Positions 35,431-44,656 of a stretch of 64,000 nt of DNA are shown here, piece after piece. Below the pieces are notes generated by a model, which was not told where the DNA came from, did not search any database, and saw only the letters and a list, made by a program, of their open reading frames with translations. Position 1 is the first letter of the stretch. Each line of letters opens with the position of its first letter. The translations under genes were made by a program, and so were the position numbers. This DNA comes from a virus, in the IMG/VR virus record IMGVR_UViG_3300047444_000577, positions 1 through 64,000 of that record. The stretch is one strand, 5' to 3'.

Positions 35431-37409
35431 TACCTCACCTCCATGCCCACGCCGGTTGCCGAGGACAGGGTGGAGTCCGTGATCGAGAGCACTTGGGTTC
35501 CGTTGCGTAGGACGGAAATGCTGGAGCCGTTGTACGACACCGTCATACGGTCACCGTCCTGGAAGGTCTGGGAATAGGCGGTACTGGTGGGCACTCCGGC
35601 CGAGTAGCGCTGCAGCGATGAACGTCCGGCGAACCAGTAGTTCGAGGTGTCGGACATGCGAAAGACCAGGCCCTGCTGCTGCGCTCCCGAGGGAGATGTG
35701 GCGAGTGTGACGGCCACGGTGCCGTTCGCATTACCGGTGAAATACGCCGTAGCCCGACCGCTGCCGGACGGGTATGACACTCCCCCGTCGTATCCGCCGG
35801 ACGTCCAGGCTCCTGAGCCGATGGACCATGTCGCTCCACCGACGTCTGTCGTACGACCCGACCAGGCGGCCCAGTTCTGGGTGAAGGAGTCGAGGTAGTT
35901 GAACGCTGGCAGGGCGTCGCTGTAGAGGGCGGTGATGAGGCCGCCGTGGCTGTCGTAGAACTCTACGAAGGGGTACACGGCCACCTGCTGGCTGGATGCC
36001 GTCTGGGTGTAGCCGGACAGGCACAGCCGGGTGCGTTCGTCGTAGCCGAGGGGGATCCAGTACGCGTTGGCGGTCGCGTTGCTCGGAGGGCTGGTGTTCT
36101 GACTGACTGCGAGTGCCTGGTACGAGCGGCCGTGGAACGTCACCAGGTCACCGGGCTGGTAGAAGACCCCGGGATCCCAGGCGGCAGTGGCGTAGGGAAT
36201 GGGGATGCCCCACAGGACCGGCTGCTGGGGGTCCATCGTGGACTGCCCGGCCAGCTTGGCGACCGAGCGCACGCCCATCGTGGCGATCGAGGAGCCGGAG
36301 TTGTTGTTCCGCACCACCAGTGCGTTGCCCGCCTGGCTGGTCGGGTTGGTGGCGTCCTGCACACCGACGAAGACCTGGACCGCGTTGGTGCCCGGAGCCA
36401 CTCCAGCGGTGAAGGAGACCTCCTCCCAGCCCGCGATGTTGCCGTTGGAGTTGACCAAGGTGGCATCGGTGCTGGCCGACACAACCGTCCAGTAGGCGTT
36501 GGAAGAGCCGGTGCCGGTAGGGACCTGCGCCTGCCCGTACGCCCCGCTGGAACCGGCCGCGTAGAGGTAGCTCCCGAACTGCACGCGCTCGCCGGAGGCG
36601 TAGTTCACGCCCGCATCCCAGATCGGGTAGATCGGGTGGTTGAAAGACGCCTGGTCATCGCTCAGCATCAGGTTGGGCCCGATCCGAAGGTCGGTGTCCC
36701 AGCCGGTGGTCTCCGCGATCAGGGAGCGGAGCTGCTCCAGGGTGCCCTTCTGCCGTCCCAGAGTTGCCGCGTCGCGGACGCGCTGGCGGAACAGGTAGGC
36801 GGGGGCGGAGGCCTCGTACTGGATGCCGAACTGGGCGGCCATCTGCTGGATGTTGTCGAACCGGGTGCGCCAGGCGTCGTTGGTGTACCGGGTGCTGTCG
36901 TAGTAGGTCTTGACGATGTCCAGGCCGAAGCCGAAGACCGACAGGAACGGCAGCAGGTAGGGGTTGGCGGTGTTGCTGTCGTCGGTGACTGCGTTGCCCG
37001 GAGTGACGTCGACCTTGTAGAAGTCGGGGACGAGGTCGTACAGGGCCTGTGTGTAGCCGCAGTCCTTCGGCATCAGCGCTGAGACGGTACCTGCCCGGCT
37101 CCACTGGCCGGAGACGCTGATGAAGATCGTGTAGTAGAGCCACTGCCCACCGACGGTGCCCTGGTCGACGAAGGTCGTCGTCAGGTGGTTGACATCCAGG
37201 AGGATCTCTCCGTCGTTCTCGTTGACGGCCCAGCCGTAGCGGTTGCGCAGCAGCCGCATCGTGTCCCAGGTCCCGGCGGGTGCTGTCCACGACAGCAGGA
37301 CGGTGGAGTAGTCGGCGGGTGTGGCGGTGACCGGGGACACGTCGAAGTCGGGGCGGATGTCCGTCCCGTAGGTGTCCTGCCCGTAGAAACTCTGACCGTA
37401 GGTCGCCAT
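35430..37409 (-). CDS. Baseplate wedge/tail protein (P2 gpI-like) with CBM5/12-like repeats
   Basis: RQRVRDA...RQKGT; WDAGVNYASGERV and WDPGVFYQPGDLV repeats. Confidence 0.7.
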   Translation of the reverse strand: MATYGQSFYGQDTYGTDIRPDFDVSPVTATPADYSTVLLSWTAPAGTWDTMRLLRNRYGWAVNENDGEILLDVNHLTTTFVDQGTVGGQWLYYTIFISVSGQWSRAGTVSALMPKDCGYTQALYDLVPDFYKVDVTPGNAVTDDSNTANPYLLPFLSVFGFGLDIVKTYYDSTRYTNDAWRTRFDNIQQMAAQFGIQYEASAPAYLFRQRVRDAATLGRQKGTLEQLRSLIAETTGWDTDLRIGPNLMLSDDQASFNHPIYPIWDAGVNYASGERVQFGSYLYAAGSSGAYGQAQVPTGTGSSNAYWTVVSASTDATLVNSNGNIAGWEEVSFTAGVAPGTNAVQVFVGVQDATNPTSQAGNALVVRNNNSGSSIATMGVRSVAKLAGQSTMDPQQPVLWGIPIPYATAAWDPGVFYQPGDLVTFHGRSYQALAVSQNTSPPSNATANAYWIPLGYDERTRLCLSGYTQTASSQQVAVYPFVEFYDSHGGLITALYSDALPAFNYLDSFTQNWAAWSGRTTDVGGATWSIGSGAWTSGGYDGGVSYPSGSGRATAYFTGNANGTVAVTLATSPSGAQQQGLVFRMSDTSNYWFAGRSSLQRYSAGVPTSTAYSQTFQDGDRMTVSYNGSSISVLRNGTQVLSITDSTLSSATGVGMEVR

Positions 37410-37415
37410 GCCAGG

Positions 37416-38051
37416 TCACATCTCCCGGATCATCGCGGCGCTCATCGACAGGTCGGACAACCCCTGCCACACACCGACCATGGGGTGGTAGACCTGGAAG
37501 TTGATTTTGACGCCCGCAGTGACGGGGCCCATCCAGGTCAGGGACATGTGGGTGTTGCCGTCGTAGGTGGGGATCCCGTCCTGGGAGGAGATCGTCAGAC
37601 CGTTCAGTTCGATGCTGATCTGACGGTCCTTGGTCTGGTAGGCACCTGTTCCACCGGTCCAGATCGCAGCCGTGGTGACGATCCACCAACCGCTTCGGTT
37701 GGTGGTGATGGCGGAGCCGTTGAACAGGCCTTCGGGGTCGTAGTACGACCTCGGCGCGGGCCAGGCGATGTTCTTGGCGCTGCCTCCGCCCTTGTAGGAG
37801 TCGGTGGACTTGCCCAGGTAGATCGCGGGGACACCCGCGCCGCGCTGGATGGCGGACATGCGCGCACCGACGGACGCCCACGAGTTGGTACGCATCTTGA
37901 GGGAACTGTCGGCGGCCGGGTTGAGCCCGAGGGTCTGCTCGATTGCGGCGATCTCGAACTGCAGATCGTTGACGTGGCTGGCATCCACGTCGTCCAGGAG
38001 GTTCCTGTGCGTCGTGAACTGCTTGTACTGGAATGGGTATGCAGCGGCCAT
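37416..38051 (-). CDS. Tail/baseplate-associated protein (211 aa)
   Basis: ATG at 38051 (TGATG overlap); VDASHVNDLQFEIAAIEQTLG. Confidence 0.65.
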   Translation of the reverse strand: MAAAYPFQYKQFTTHRNLLDDVDASHVNDLQFEIAAIEQTLGLNPAADSSLKMRTNSWASVGARMSAIQRGAGVPAIYLGKSTDSYKGGGSAKNIAWPAPRSYYDPEGLFNGSAITTNRSGWWIVTTAAIWTGGTGAYQTKDRQISIELNGLTISSQDGIPTYDGNTHMSLTWMGPVTAGVKINFQVYHPMVGVWQGLSDLSMSAAMIREM

Positions 38052-39538
38052 CAGCCGATACCTCCGGTCATGGTGATGTTGCTGATGCTGCCGATCTTGG
38101 GGATCTCCCACGCGCGGAAGATGACGTCGGCGGTACCGGTCTGGGCTGCGTCTGCGCGCGCGACCATGGGGATGGCCACGTAGCGGACCCCGTCCACGGC
38201 GGAGATCGTCTTGTAGAAGTCGGAGAGGGTTATGCGCATGCCGAAGTCGACGTTGGCGAAGGAAAGCATGGTGCTCAGTGCCTGCTGGACGTCGTACAGC
38301 ACGGTGGCGCGGGAGTAGCGCGGCCAGCACTCGATGGTGACGGGGCTGCCGGAGGTGCCGATGTTGACCGCGACGACTGTGGGTCCGCTCACTGTGACGG
38401 TCGACCCGGCCAGCGCCTTGGACTGCAGGGTGTTCTGGACCTTGGTCAGCACGGTGGCCGAGGGGATTCCACCGTCAGGGCCGATCACGTAGGCGGAGAT
38501 CGAGGTGTAGGTGGAGGCGACCGCCTTGGCGCGCACGATTCCGGGGATGGTCAGTGCCAGGTCGGAGAAGTCGGCGAGGGTCACGCACCGGTCCTGGGTG
38601 CGGAACGTACGCGGGGCGTTCGCCCGGATCTGCTCGTTGGTCTCGGGGTCAGCTCCGCCGCTCATGGCCGTGGACAGGGCGGTTCCCGCGCCGTTCAGGG
38701 CGATGGACACGCCGGTAAGGGTTCCGGAGGCGATGGCGTTGACCGCACCGGCTCCTACGTTGCCGAGGACCCCGCCGCCGACCCGGTAGGTGGCGTACAC
38801 CGTCAGTTGGTTGGTGGGGATCGCACCGTTGAGGTCGTCGCCGAAGCGCACCCATGTGGATCCGGCCTCGTCCAGGAACGTCACGAAGACGCGGTCGGAG
38901 GGCTCGGCATCGACGATGAAGTCGATCGGTGTCCACTGCACCGGGCCGTTGACGTCGTCGACGAAGACCTGCACCGTGCCTGTGATCACGGGGACATCGG
39001 GCAGCCGGAACTCCTGCACGGGCAGGCCGGTGGACGTGCCGATGTTGACCAGGCTTCGGGTGACGCCCTGGGTGACCGTGACGGTTGCCGTTCCGCCGTT
39101 GAGGGGGACGGTCACGGCCTGGTCGGTCTCGTAGGTGACCGGGCTGTCGATGGCGTCGATGTAGTCCGTGACGACCTGGGTGCCTGCGGGGACGATCACC
39201 GCAGGGCCGGGATTGGAGGTCTGGAAGGTCACCGACCCAACGGCGGGAACACCGTTTCCGGGGTTGTATCCGAGCAGGTCGGCGATCTGCAGCAGGGACA
39301 GCCGCTGCGTGGCGGTGGGCAGGAAGGCCTCTTGGCTGATCCGGTCGCCGTAGTAGGACAGGTTGTCACCCATGTAGGAGAACAACTCGACCATGAGTAC
39401 GCCGAAGTCCCCCTCGGAGGAGGGGTTCCACTGGGGGAAGGCGCGGGCCGCGTAGTCGAGCAGGCTCGCCTTGAAGCCCTCGTAGTCCCGACTGGTGTAG
39501 TCCACGGCGGGAGTATCGGGAGGCGTGGGTGTACTCAT
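38051..39538 (-). CDS. Baseplate J-like wedge protein
   Basis: DYTSRDY, EAFLPTA, VRFGD, GGADPET, DRCVTLADF. Confidence 0.9.
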   Translation of the reverse strand: MSTPTPPDTPAVDYTSRDYEGFKASLLDYAARAFPQWNPSSEGDFGVLMVELFSYMGDNLSYYGDRISQEAFLPTATQRLSLLQIADLLGYNPGNGVPAVGSVTFQTSNPGPAVIVPAGTQVVTDYIDAIDSPVTYETDQAVTVPLNGGTATVTVTQGVTRSLVNIGTSTGLPVQEFRLPDVPVITGTVQVFVDDVNGPVQWTPIDFIVDAEPSDRVFVTFLDEAGSTWVRFGDDLNGAIPTNQLTVYATYRVGGGVLGNVGAGAVNAIASGTLTGVSIALNGAGTALSTAMSGGADPETNEQIRANAPRTFRTQDRCVTLADFSDLALTIPGIVRAKAVASTYTSISAYVIGPDGGIPSATVLTKVQNTLQSKALAGSTVTVSGPTVVAVNIGTSGSPVTIECWPRYSRATVLYDVQQALSTMLSFANVDFGMRITLSDFYKTISAVDGVRYVAIPMVARADAAQTGTADVIFRAWEIPKIGSISNITMTGGIG

Positions 39539-39954
39539 CCGGCGATTACCTCGCTAACGGTGCCGCCCACCTGGACGACAGCGGTGTTGGTCTGCAGTGC
39601 GAGGCTGGAGGGGGACGTTCCTGCCTCGCGGCGTATGTAGTCGACCTCGATGCGTGCCAGCGAGAGCTGGGAGGCGTCGGGGATCGGGGTGGCCTGCCGA
39701 AGCACGACGCCCGGTTCGTAGGTGGAGAACGCGGCCGTGACGGCGCGGCTGATCTCCTGGGCGATGAAGGCGCTGCCGGGCTCGAACAGCAGATCGGCCA
39801 CGGCGACACCGTAGGTAGGAAGCATCACGCGCTCACCTGGCTGCGTGCCGATAAGCGCCTTCACGTGCTGGGCGATCTGCCTGTCCGGGTCCGATTCAAC
39901 GGCAATGGACCCGTCGGACGTCAGGCGAAAGGGAATCGCTATCTCGGTAGGCAT
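39535..39954 (-). CDS. Baseplate gpW/gp25-like protein
   Basis: TQPGERVMLPTYG...YEP. Confidence 0.88.
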   Translation of the reverse strand: MPTEIAIPFRLTSDGSIAVESDPDRQIAQHVKALIGTQPGERVMLPTYGVAVADLLFEPGSAFIAQEISRAVTAAFSTYEPGVVLRQATPIPDASQLSLARIEVDYIRREAGTSPSSLALQTNTAVVQVGGTVSEVIAG

Positions 39955-40013
39955 GACTGCATTCTCCCAGGAACAGCAGATTAGCTGTTATCGCTCTCAG
40001 TCGCGGGCACGAA

Positions 40014-40048
40014 AAGGACGGCCCGGAAGAATTCACCGGACCGTCCTT
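40014..40048 (-). terminator. Stem-loop after spike gene
   Basis: AAGGACGG.CCGG...CCGG.CCGTCCTT with a T-run on the minus strand. Confidence 0.5.
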
Positions 40049-40062
40049 CGATTGCACGGGTA

Positions 40063-42495
40063 TCAGGAAAGGTTGCCCAGCGGGATCTCTGCGTCGACGC
40101 TGAAGAGGTCACCTGTAGCGATGGCTGCGGCATCGTGCGAGGTACCGACCGCGTCACTCCAGTACAAGGACACGGTGCCGTCCGTGTTCAGTGCCATGAC
40201 GACACGGGTGTTCTTAAGGACACCCGTGGATGTGCGGTTGGTGACGCTGAAGAAACGCTGTGTCTTAGTCCGGTACGCGGCTGGGACCGCAGTGGCGAAA
40301 ACAGTGAAAGCAGACGCCGAGGTGAGCGCGCTTCCGGTGTAGTGGAAATTGCCGGTCCATCGGACGCCGTCCGTGGGGGTAAGGCGGTATCTCAGGGTGT
40401 CCGAGACGAAACCGGTGGCCGTTACCGTGGGGGTCTGCCACCCGGCAGCAACCCCGGTCGAGTCGCACTTGATGACGTTGCCGGAGAGGTACAGGTCAGC
40501 CGCTGCGGACTGCAGAGTTTCGAGAAGAACCATACGCGGCGTGGTCGCCTGCCCCGTGGCAGTACCACCGACTCCGGACTGGTAGAACGCCTGGAGCCTG
40601 ACAGGCACATCCTCGCCACCGTTGGGGCTGGTGAGGATCAGTTGCCCCGGGAAGTTGGGCGGTCCGAGGTTGCTGACGGAGGAGATGGAAGCACCCGTGG
40701 GTGTGATGGTGCTGGTGCCCGCGTTGTAGTCACCCCATGTGAGTTGGGCCCCGCCCATTTTGAGGTACGAGCCGCTGCTTCCCGGGACGTAGGAGATGAT
40801 GTCGCCGTTCGCACCGCCGACCTCGTCCAGCACGTTTCCGCTGCTGTCGTAGACGTGCACTCCGGTGGAGTTCATGACGGTCCGAGCACCCGACGTACCG
40901 GTCTGCAGGGTCGCCCCGGTGATCGTCATGCCGTCGATGGCGGTGGCGACCAGGTGCGCGGTCTTGATCGAACCACCCTGGATCTGCGTTGACCCAAGCA
41001 CCGGGCGGACGATGATGTTGTCGTACCAGGCGGTCACGGCCGTGGTGTTGAAGATCTGCAGTTTCACGTAGCAACTCACCGTCCCGGCCGGGGCGGTGTA
41101 GGTGCTGCTCATCGTGTGCCAGGCACCGTCCAGCGTCGCGGGCGCTTGGAGCGCGCCGTAGGAGATGTCCGCGCCGGAGGCGTTGACCCACGCGATGTAG
41201 ATCTTCTGTACGACGCCAGTGGAGCCGGTCAGCACGGTGGCCGACCAGTCGGTCTGCAGGTAGAACTGGTCGCCGGGCGCGGCCGGGACCTTGGACAGCA
41301 GGGACAGTTCGATCGTGGTGGCCGAGCCGAAGGTAGCGTTGACCTTGATCGACTTCGCCCCGCCGTTGAACTTCGTAGTGTCGAGCGACCAGGAGGACCC
41401 GGCTGCGGCGACCTGCGCTGCACCTACCGCCCCCTCGAACCCGCCGTCCGGCAGCATGTTGGAGGCCACCCCGGAGATGACCATCTTGGTGGCGTCGATG
41501 CTGCCTGCTGCGATGGCCACGGCCGTGATGGAACCGGCGGCTATCTGGTTGGCTGTCACCGAGTTGGCCGCCAGGTCCGCCGTCCCCGCCTTCAGCGCGG
41601 TTCCCGAGGCGGTAGCGGATGCCGCGCTGGCGAAGCCGGTCTGGGAGACGGCGATCAGTCGGTAGAAGTAGGCACTGCCGTAGTTCTGCACCGAGTCGTA
41701 GACCCAGTCCGCACCGGTCAGTGTGGCCACCGTGCTGGGGCTGGTGAAGCCAGACGTGGTGTCCCGTTGGACCTGCACGTGATCGAAGAACGCGGGCATC
41801 GGGAAGCCGGAGTGATCCAGTCCGTCCCAGGTGATGCGCAGTCCGCCCAGGACGCCCAGGACCACCGGGGTCGAGGGGACGGGCGGGGGCGAACTGGAGG
41901 AGCCGGTGATGATGTCGGCTGACGTCCACAGCGAGGTGTTGCCGCTGGTGTCGATCGCCTGCACGCGGACCGTGACGTCCACGCCGGTATGAAGCCCGTC
42001 GATGATCACCAGGGTGTCCTCGGTTACCGTCCCGCCGACCCAGGTGGTGCCGTCGTAGGAGGACTGCAGGAGGTAGTGCGAGAGGTCCGTGAGCGGGGTG
42101 CCGTCCTGGTTCTCGGTCGGCGCTACCCAACTGGCCTGCACCCGGGCTTGGGTGATGCCCTCGGCGGTTGTGTAGGGCGACGTGGTGAGCGCCAGGGACG
42201 TCGGCTGCTTGGGTGGCTCATGGGTGATCAGCCCAAGGCCACCGAGTTGGTCCTGGACGTTCTTGATACCCAGCGGGCTGTACACCGGCTGGGTGATGTC
42301 GCCGCCGGAGAACTGGACCCACAGGGTCCCGCCGACGGGAGGCACGGTGTTGGTGGGTGAAGAGGGAGATGCCCAGGCGCTTTCCGCACTGCCGAGGATC
42401 TGCGGGATGAGCATGGTGACGCGGGCCTGGTTGAGCGGGTCCGCGTTATTGGCGACGCTCCCCTGGTACATACCCAGGACAGGGCTAGCCGACAT
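40063..42495 (-). CDS. Baseplate spike (gp5/VgrG OB-fold) fused to Fn3, CBM-like and fibre domains
   Basis: ATG at 42495. YQGSV.NNADP...RV...PQ...WA...P.VG..WVQF.GGD..PV; Fn3-like repeats follow. Confidence 0.75.
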   Translation of the reverse strand: MSASPVLGMYQGSVANNADPLNQARVTMLIPQILGSAESAWASPSSPTNTVPPVGGTLWVQFSGGDITQPVYSPLGIKNVQDQLGGLGLITHEPPKQPTSLALTTSPYTTAEGITQARVQASWVAPTENQDGTPLTDLSHYLLQSSYDGTTWVGGTVTEDTLVIIDGLHTGVDVTVRVQAIDTSGNTSLWTSADIITGSSSSPPPVPSTPVVLGVLGGLRITWDGLDHSGFPMPAFFDHVQVQRDTTSGFTSPSTVATLTGADWVYDSVQNYGSAYFYRLIAVSQTGFASAASATASGTALKAGTADLAANSVTANQIAAGSITAVAIAAGSIDATKMVISGVASNMLPDGGFEGAVGAAQVAAAGSSWSLDTTKFNGGAKSIKVNATFGSATTIELSLLSKVPAAPGDQFYLQTDWSATVLTGSTGVVQKIYIAWVNASGADISYGALQAPATLDGAWHTMSSTYTAPAGTVSCYVKLQIFNTTAVTAWYDNIIVRPVLGSTQIQGGSIKTAHLVATAIDGMTITGATLQTGTSGARTVMNSTGVHVYDSSGNVLDEVGGANGDIISYVPGSSGSYLKMGGAQLTWGDYNAGTSTITPTGASISSVSNLGPPNFPGQLILTSPNGGEDVPVRLQAFYQSGVGGTATGQATTPRMVLLETLQSAAADLYLSGNVIKCDSTGVAAGWQTPTVTATGFVSDTLRYRLTPTDGVRWTGNFHYTGSALTSASAFTVFATAVPAAYRTKTQRFFSVTNRTSTGVLKNTRVVMALNTDGTVSLYWSDAVGTSHDAAAIATGDLFSVDAEIPLGNLS

Positions 42496-43633
42496 TGATG
42501 TCCTCCAGAATGCTGGACTCCCAGAACTGCTTGTTGCGCAGCACTGCTGGCACGGTGTCAAACTTGAAGCGCTTATTGACATCGCTCTTAAATGTTACCG
42601 AGTAGGGCTGGTCTCTTTCCGCATCAATGGTCGTGGTGAAAAGCAGCCCGCTATTGGTTTTGTCGCGGTTTATGAGGTGCTTCGTCGAGGTGACCAGCCA
42701 GCGTCCGCGCATATCCGGGGAAACAGAGGCCCCACCAATTCCCACCAGGGATCCTGGTATGACCTTGGCGGTGCCGTACACCTCCGCCCGCATCGTGATC
42801 CAGCCGCTCGACGCGCGCGTGCGCGCGTCCATCAGGGCCTGCGCGTCGGCGTAGTTGTTCACCGCGCGCGACGTCGTGATCGAATTCAGGAACGTGGCCG
42901 TACCGGCAGCGGCAGAGGACGACGCCTTGATGGCCTTGCCTGTGCGCGCGTCCACCCCGGATATCGTGCTGGTGCCTGTCGTCCCCGAGGCGCGGGGAAC
43001 CATCGTCCCTGCCAGGATCGACAGGTTCTGCAGGGTGTCGTAGATCCCCGGCTGCTGGCTCCGGGAGAACACCGGGATGTCCTGCACGGGCTGGCCCAGC
43101 AGCAGGATGCGCGGATCCAGGAAGTAGAGAGTCGCCCCCTCCACCCAGCAGTTGAACCCCACCTCGTCGGCCAGGTCCTGCAGCAGCTCGAAGTCGGACT
43201 GCCCGCCCTGCGCCCAGTACGTGAGCCGCCGGGCCGATGGAGAGATGACCGTGCGCAGCCCATTGGCCCGGCCCACCTGCCGCGCGATGGAGGTCGGGCT
43301 GACGTTCTTCCACGACCGCGTGCGCTGGGTGTTCAGCGGCAGTGTGGTGCCGATGCACACATACCGGGTCGACACCGACCGCGAGCCGTTCGAGGACAGC
43401 CCGTTGGAGTGGTGCACGTACCCGTACCAGCGCACGATGTCGTTGGGGCTGCGACCGTAGTCCAGCACCACCGGGGTCAGCTCGGCGTAGGCTCTCTTCG
43501 CGGCGGAGGTGACCACGTCCACGATGGCCATGGAGTGCACCCCGTATCCCTCGCGGACCTCCACGCGGGAGACGTAGTCGGCGATGCGGTCCGTACCGAT
43601 GGTCAGCCGGACGACGGGCGGTTGCTCAGACAC
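42485..43633 (-). CDS. Baseplate hub (gpD/late-control-like)
   Basis: Q.GQSDFELLQDLA..VGF; position between tail-X and spike genes. Confidence 0.75.
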   Translation of the reverse strand: MSEQPPVVRLTIGTDRIADYVSRVEVREGYGVHSMAIVDVVTSAAKRAYAELTPVVLDYGRSPNDIVRWYGYVHHSNGLSSNGSRSVSTRYVCIGTTLPLNTQRTRSWKNVSPTSIARQVGRANGLRTVISPSARRLTYWAQGGQSDFELLQDLADEVGFNCWVEGATLYFLDPRILLLGQPVQDIPVFSRSQQPGIYDTLQNLSILAGTMVPRASGTTGTSTISGVDARTGKAIKASSSAAAGTATFLNSITTSRAVNNYADAQALMDARTRASSGWITMRAEVYGTAKVIPGSLVGIGGASVSPDMRGRWLVTSTKHLINRDKTNSGLLFTTTIDAERDQPYSVTFKSDVNKRFKFDTVPAVLRNKQFWESSILEDINVG

Positions 43634-43898
43634 TGGGGATCCTGATGGTCTGTCCGGCGGTCAGGACCGTGAAGTCGAGGATCTCCGGGTTGGCGTCGGC
43701 GATCTCCCACCACAGGTGGGGGTCTCCGTAGTACTGCTGCGCGAGCAGGTCCAGCCGGTCCGATCCGGTCACCTGGTGGTAGGTGAAGGTGAACGCCCAC
43801 TCCTTGGCCTGGGAGGGCACCACCGTCAGGTTCGGTCCCCTGCTGGAGGAGACCAGAGCGAGCGTCGAATCGGCGTAGCGCGAGGAGGAAGTGATCAT
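43626..43898 (-). CDS. LysM/tail-X-like baseplate protein
   Basis: DRLDLLAQQYYGDPHLWWEIADANP...GQTIRIP. Confidence 0.85.
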   Translation of the reverse strand: MITSSSRYADSTLALVSSSRGPNLTVVPSQAKEWAFTFTYHQVTGSDRLDLLAQQYYGDPHLWWEIADANPEILDFTVLTAGQTIRIPSV

Positions 43899-44656
43899 CG
43901 TCCGGCCTTCCCCGAGTTGCCTGTGCTTCCCGTGTGCGGGGTGAACGAGGGGAAGGCGTAAGGATTGCCACTCGGAGGCGTCGGCAGGAGGTTCATCGTG
44001 ACGGACACCTGTCCGCGCTGGGGAACCATGCTCTGCGTCCAGTGGGTGTACTGCACGTCCAGCTCGGTGATGAACCCGTAGTAGGACAGGCTGGACCCGA
44101 TGACGGCGTACGCGGGAGTGTTGACCATCGGTCCGGCCGGGCCCCCCGAAAACGCGCCCTTCTGGAGACCGCTCAGCGCCGTCGCGTCGGCAGCCGTGCC
44201 CTGGGCAGGGAGCGTCATCGGTGCCGCGATGCCCGTGATCTTGTACAGCGACAGCACGTCGTAGGCGACCCCGTACAGCGGGACCTGGATCCGGGCGTCA
44301 CCGGTCAGTTTCGAGGAGTCCCACAGCTCATAGGTGCGGTCGAACAGAAGCGTGAAGTTCACGCTCTGCGAAAGCGGCATGAGGAAAACCCCGGACGTCA
44401 CGTCGTCCGGCACCTGCGAATTAGGGTCCGCGAGAACGTTGCTGTCCACCGAGTGCGCAACGTTCAGCACACTCGGGTTGTACAGGAAATTGCAGCGGTA
44501 CCGAACGTTGTTGATCGGCTTCTCCGCAATGATGAAGCCCCTCGTCAACTTCGGACCGCCGGTCCTACCGTCGTCGTAATTACTGGTGCTTTGTATGAAC
44601 GGAATCGCGGTAATTCGCGGATCGAAAGGACCGTTGTCCATTATGGAACTAGCCAT
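43895..44656 (-). CDS. Tail tube initiator-like protein
   Basis: FLYNPS, FTLLFDRT, YYGFI..LDVQYTHW; follows the tape measure gene. Confidence 0.65.
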   Translation of the reverse strand: MASSIMDNGPFDPRITAIPFIQSTSNYDDGRTGGPKLTRGFIIAEKPINNVRYRCNFLYNPSVLNVAHSVDSNVLADPNSQVPDDVTSGVFLMPLSQSVNFTLLFDRTYELWDSSKLTGDARIQVPLYGVAYDVLSLYKITGIAAPMTLPAQGTAADATALSGLQKGAFSGGPAGPMVNTPAYAVIGSSLSYYGFITELDVQYTHWTQSMVPQRGQVSVTMNLLPTPPSGNPYAFPSFTPHTGSTGNSGKAGR

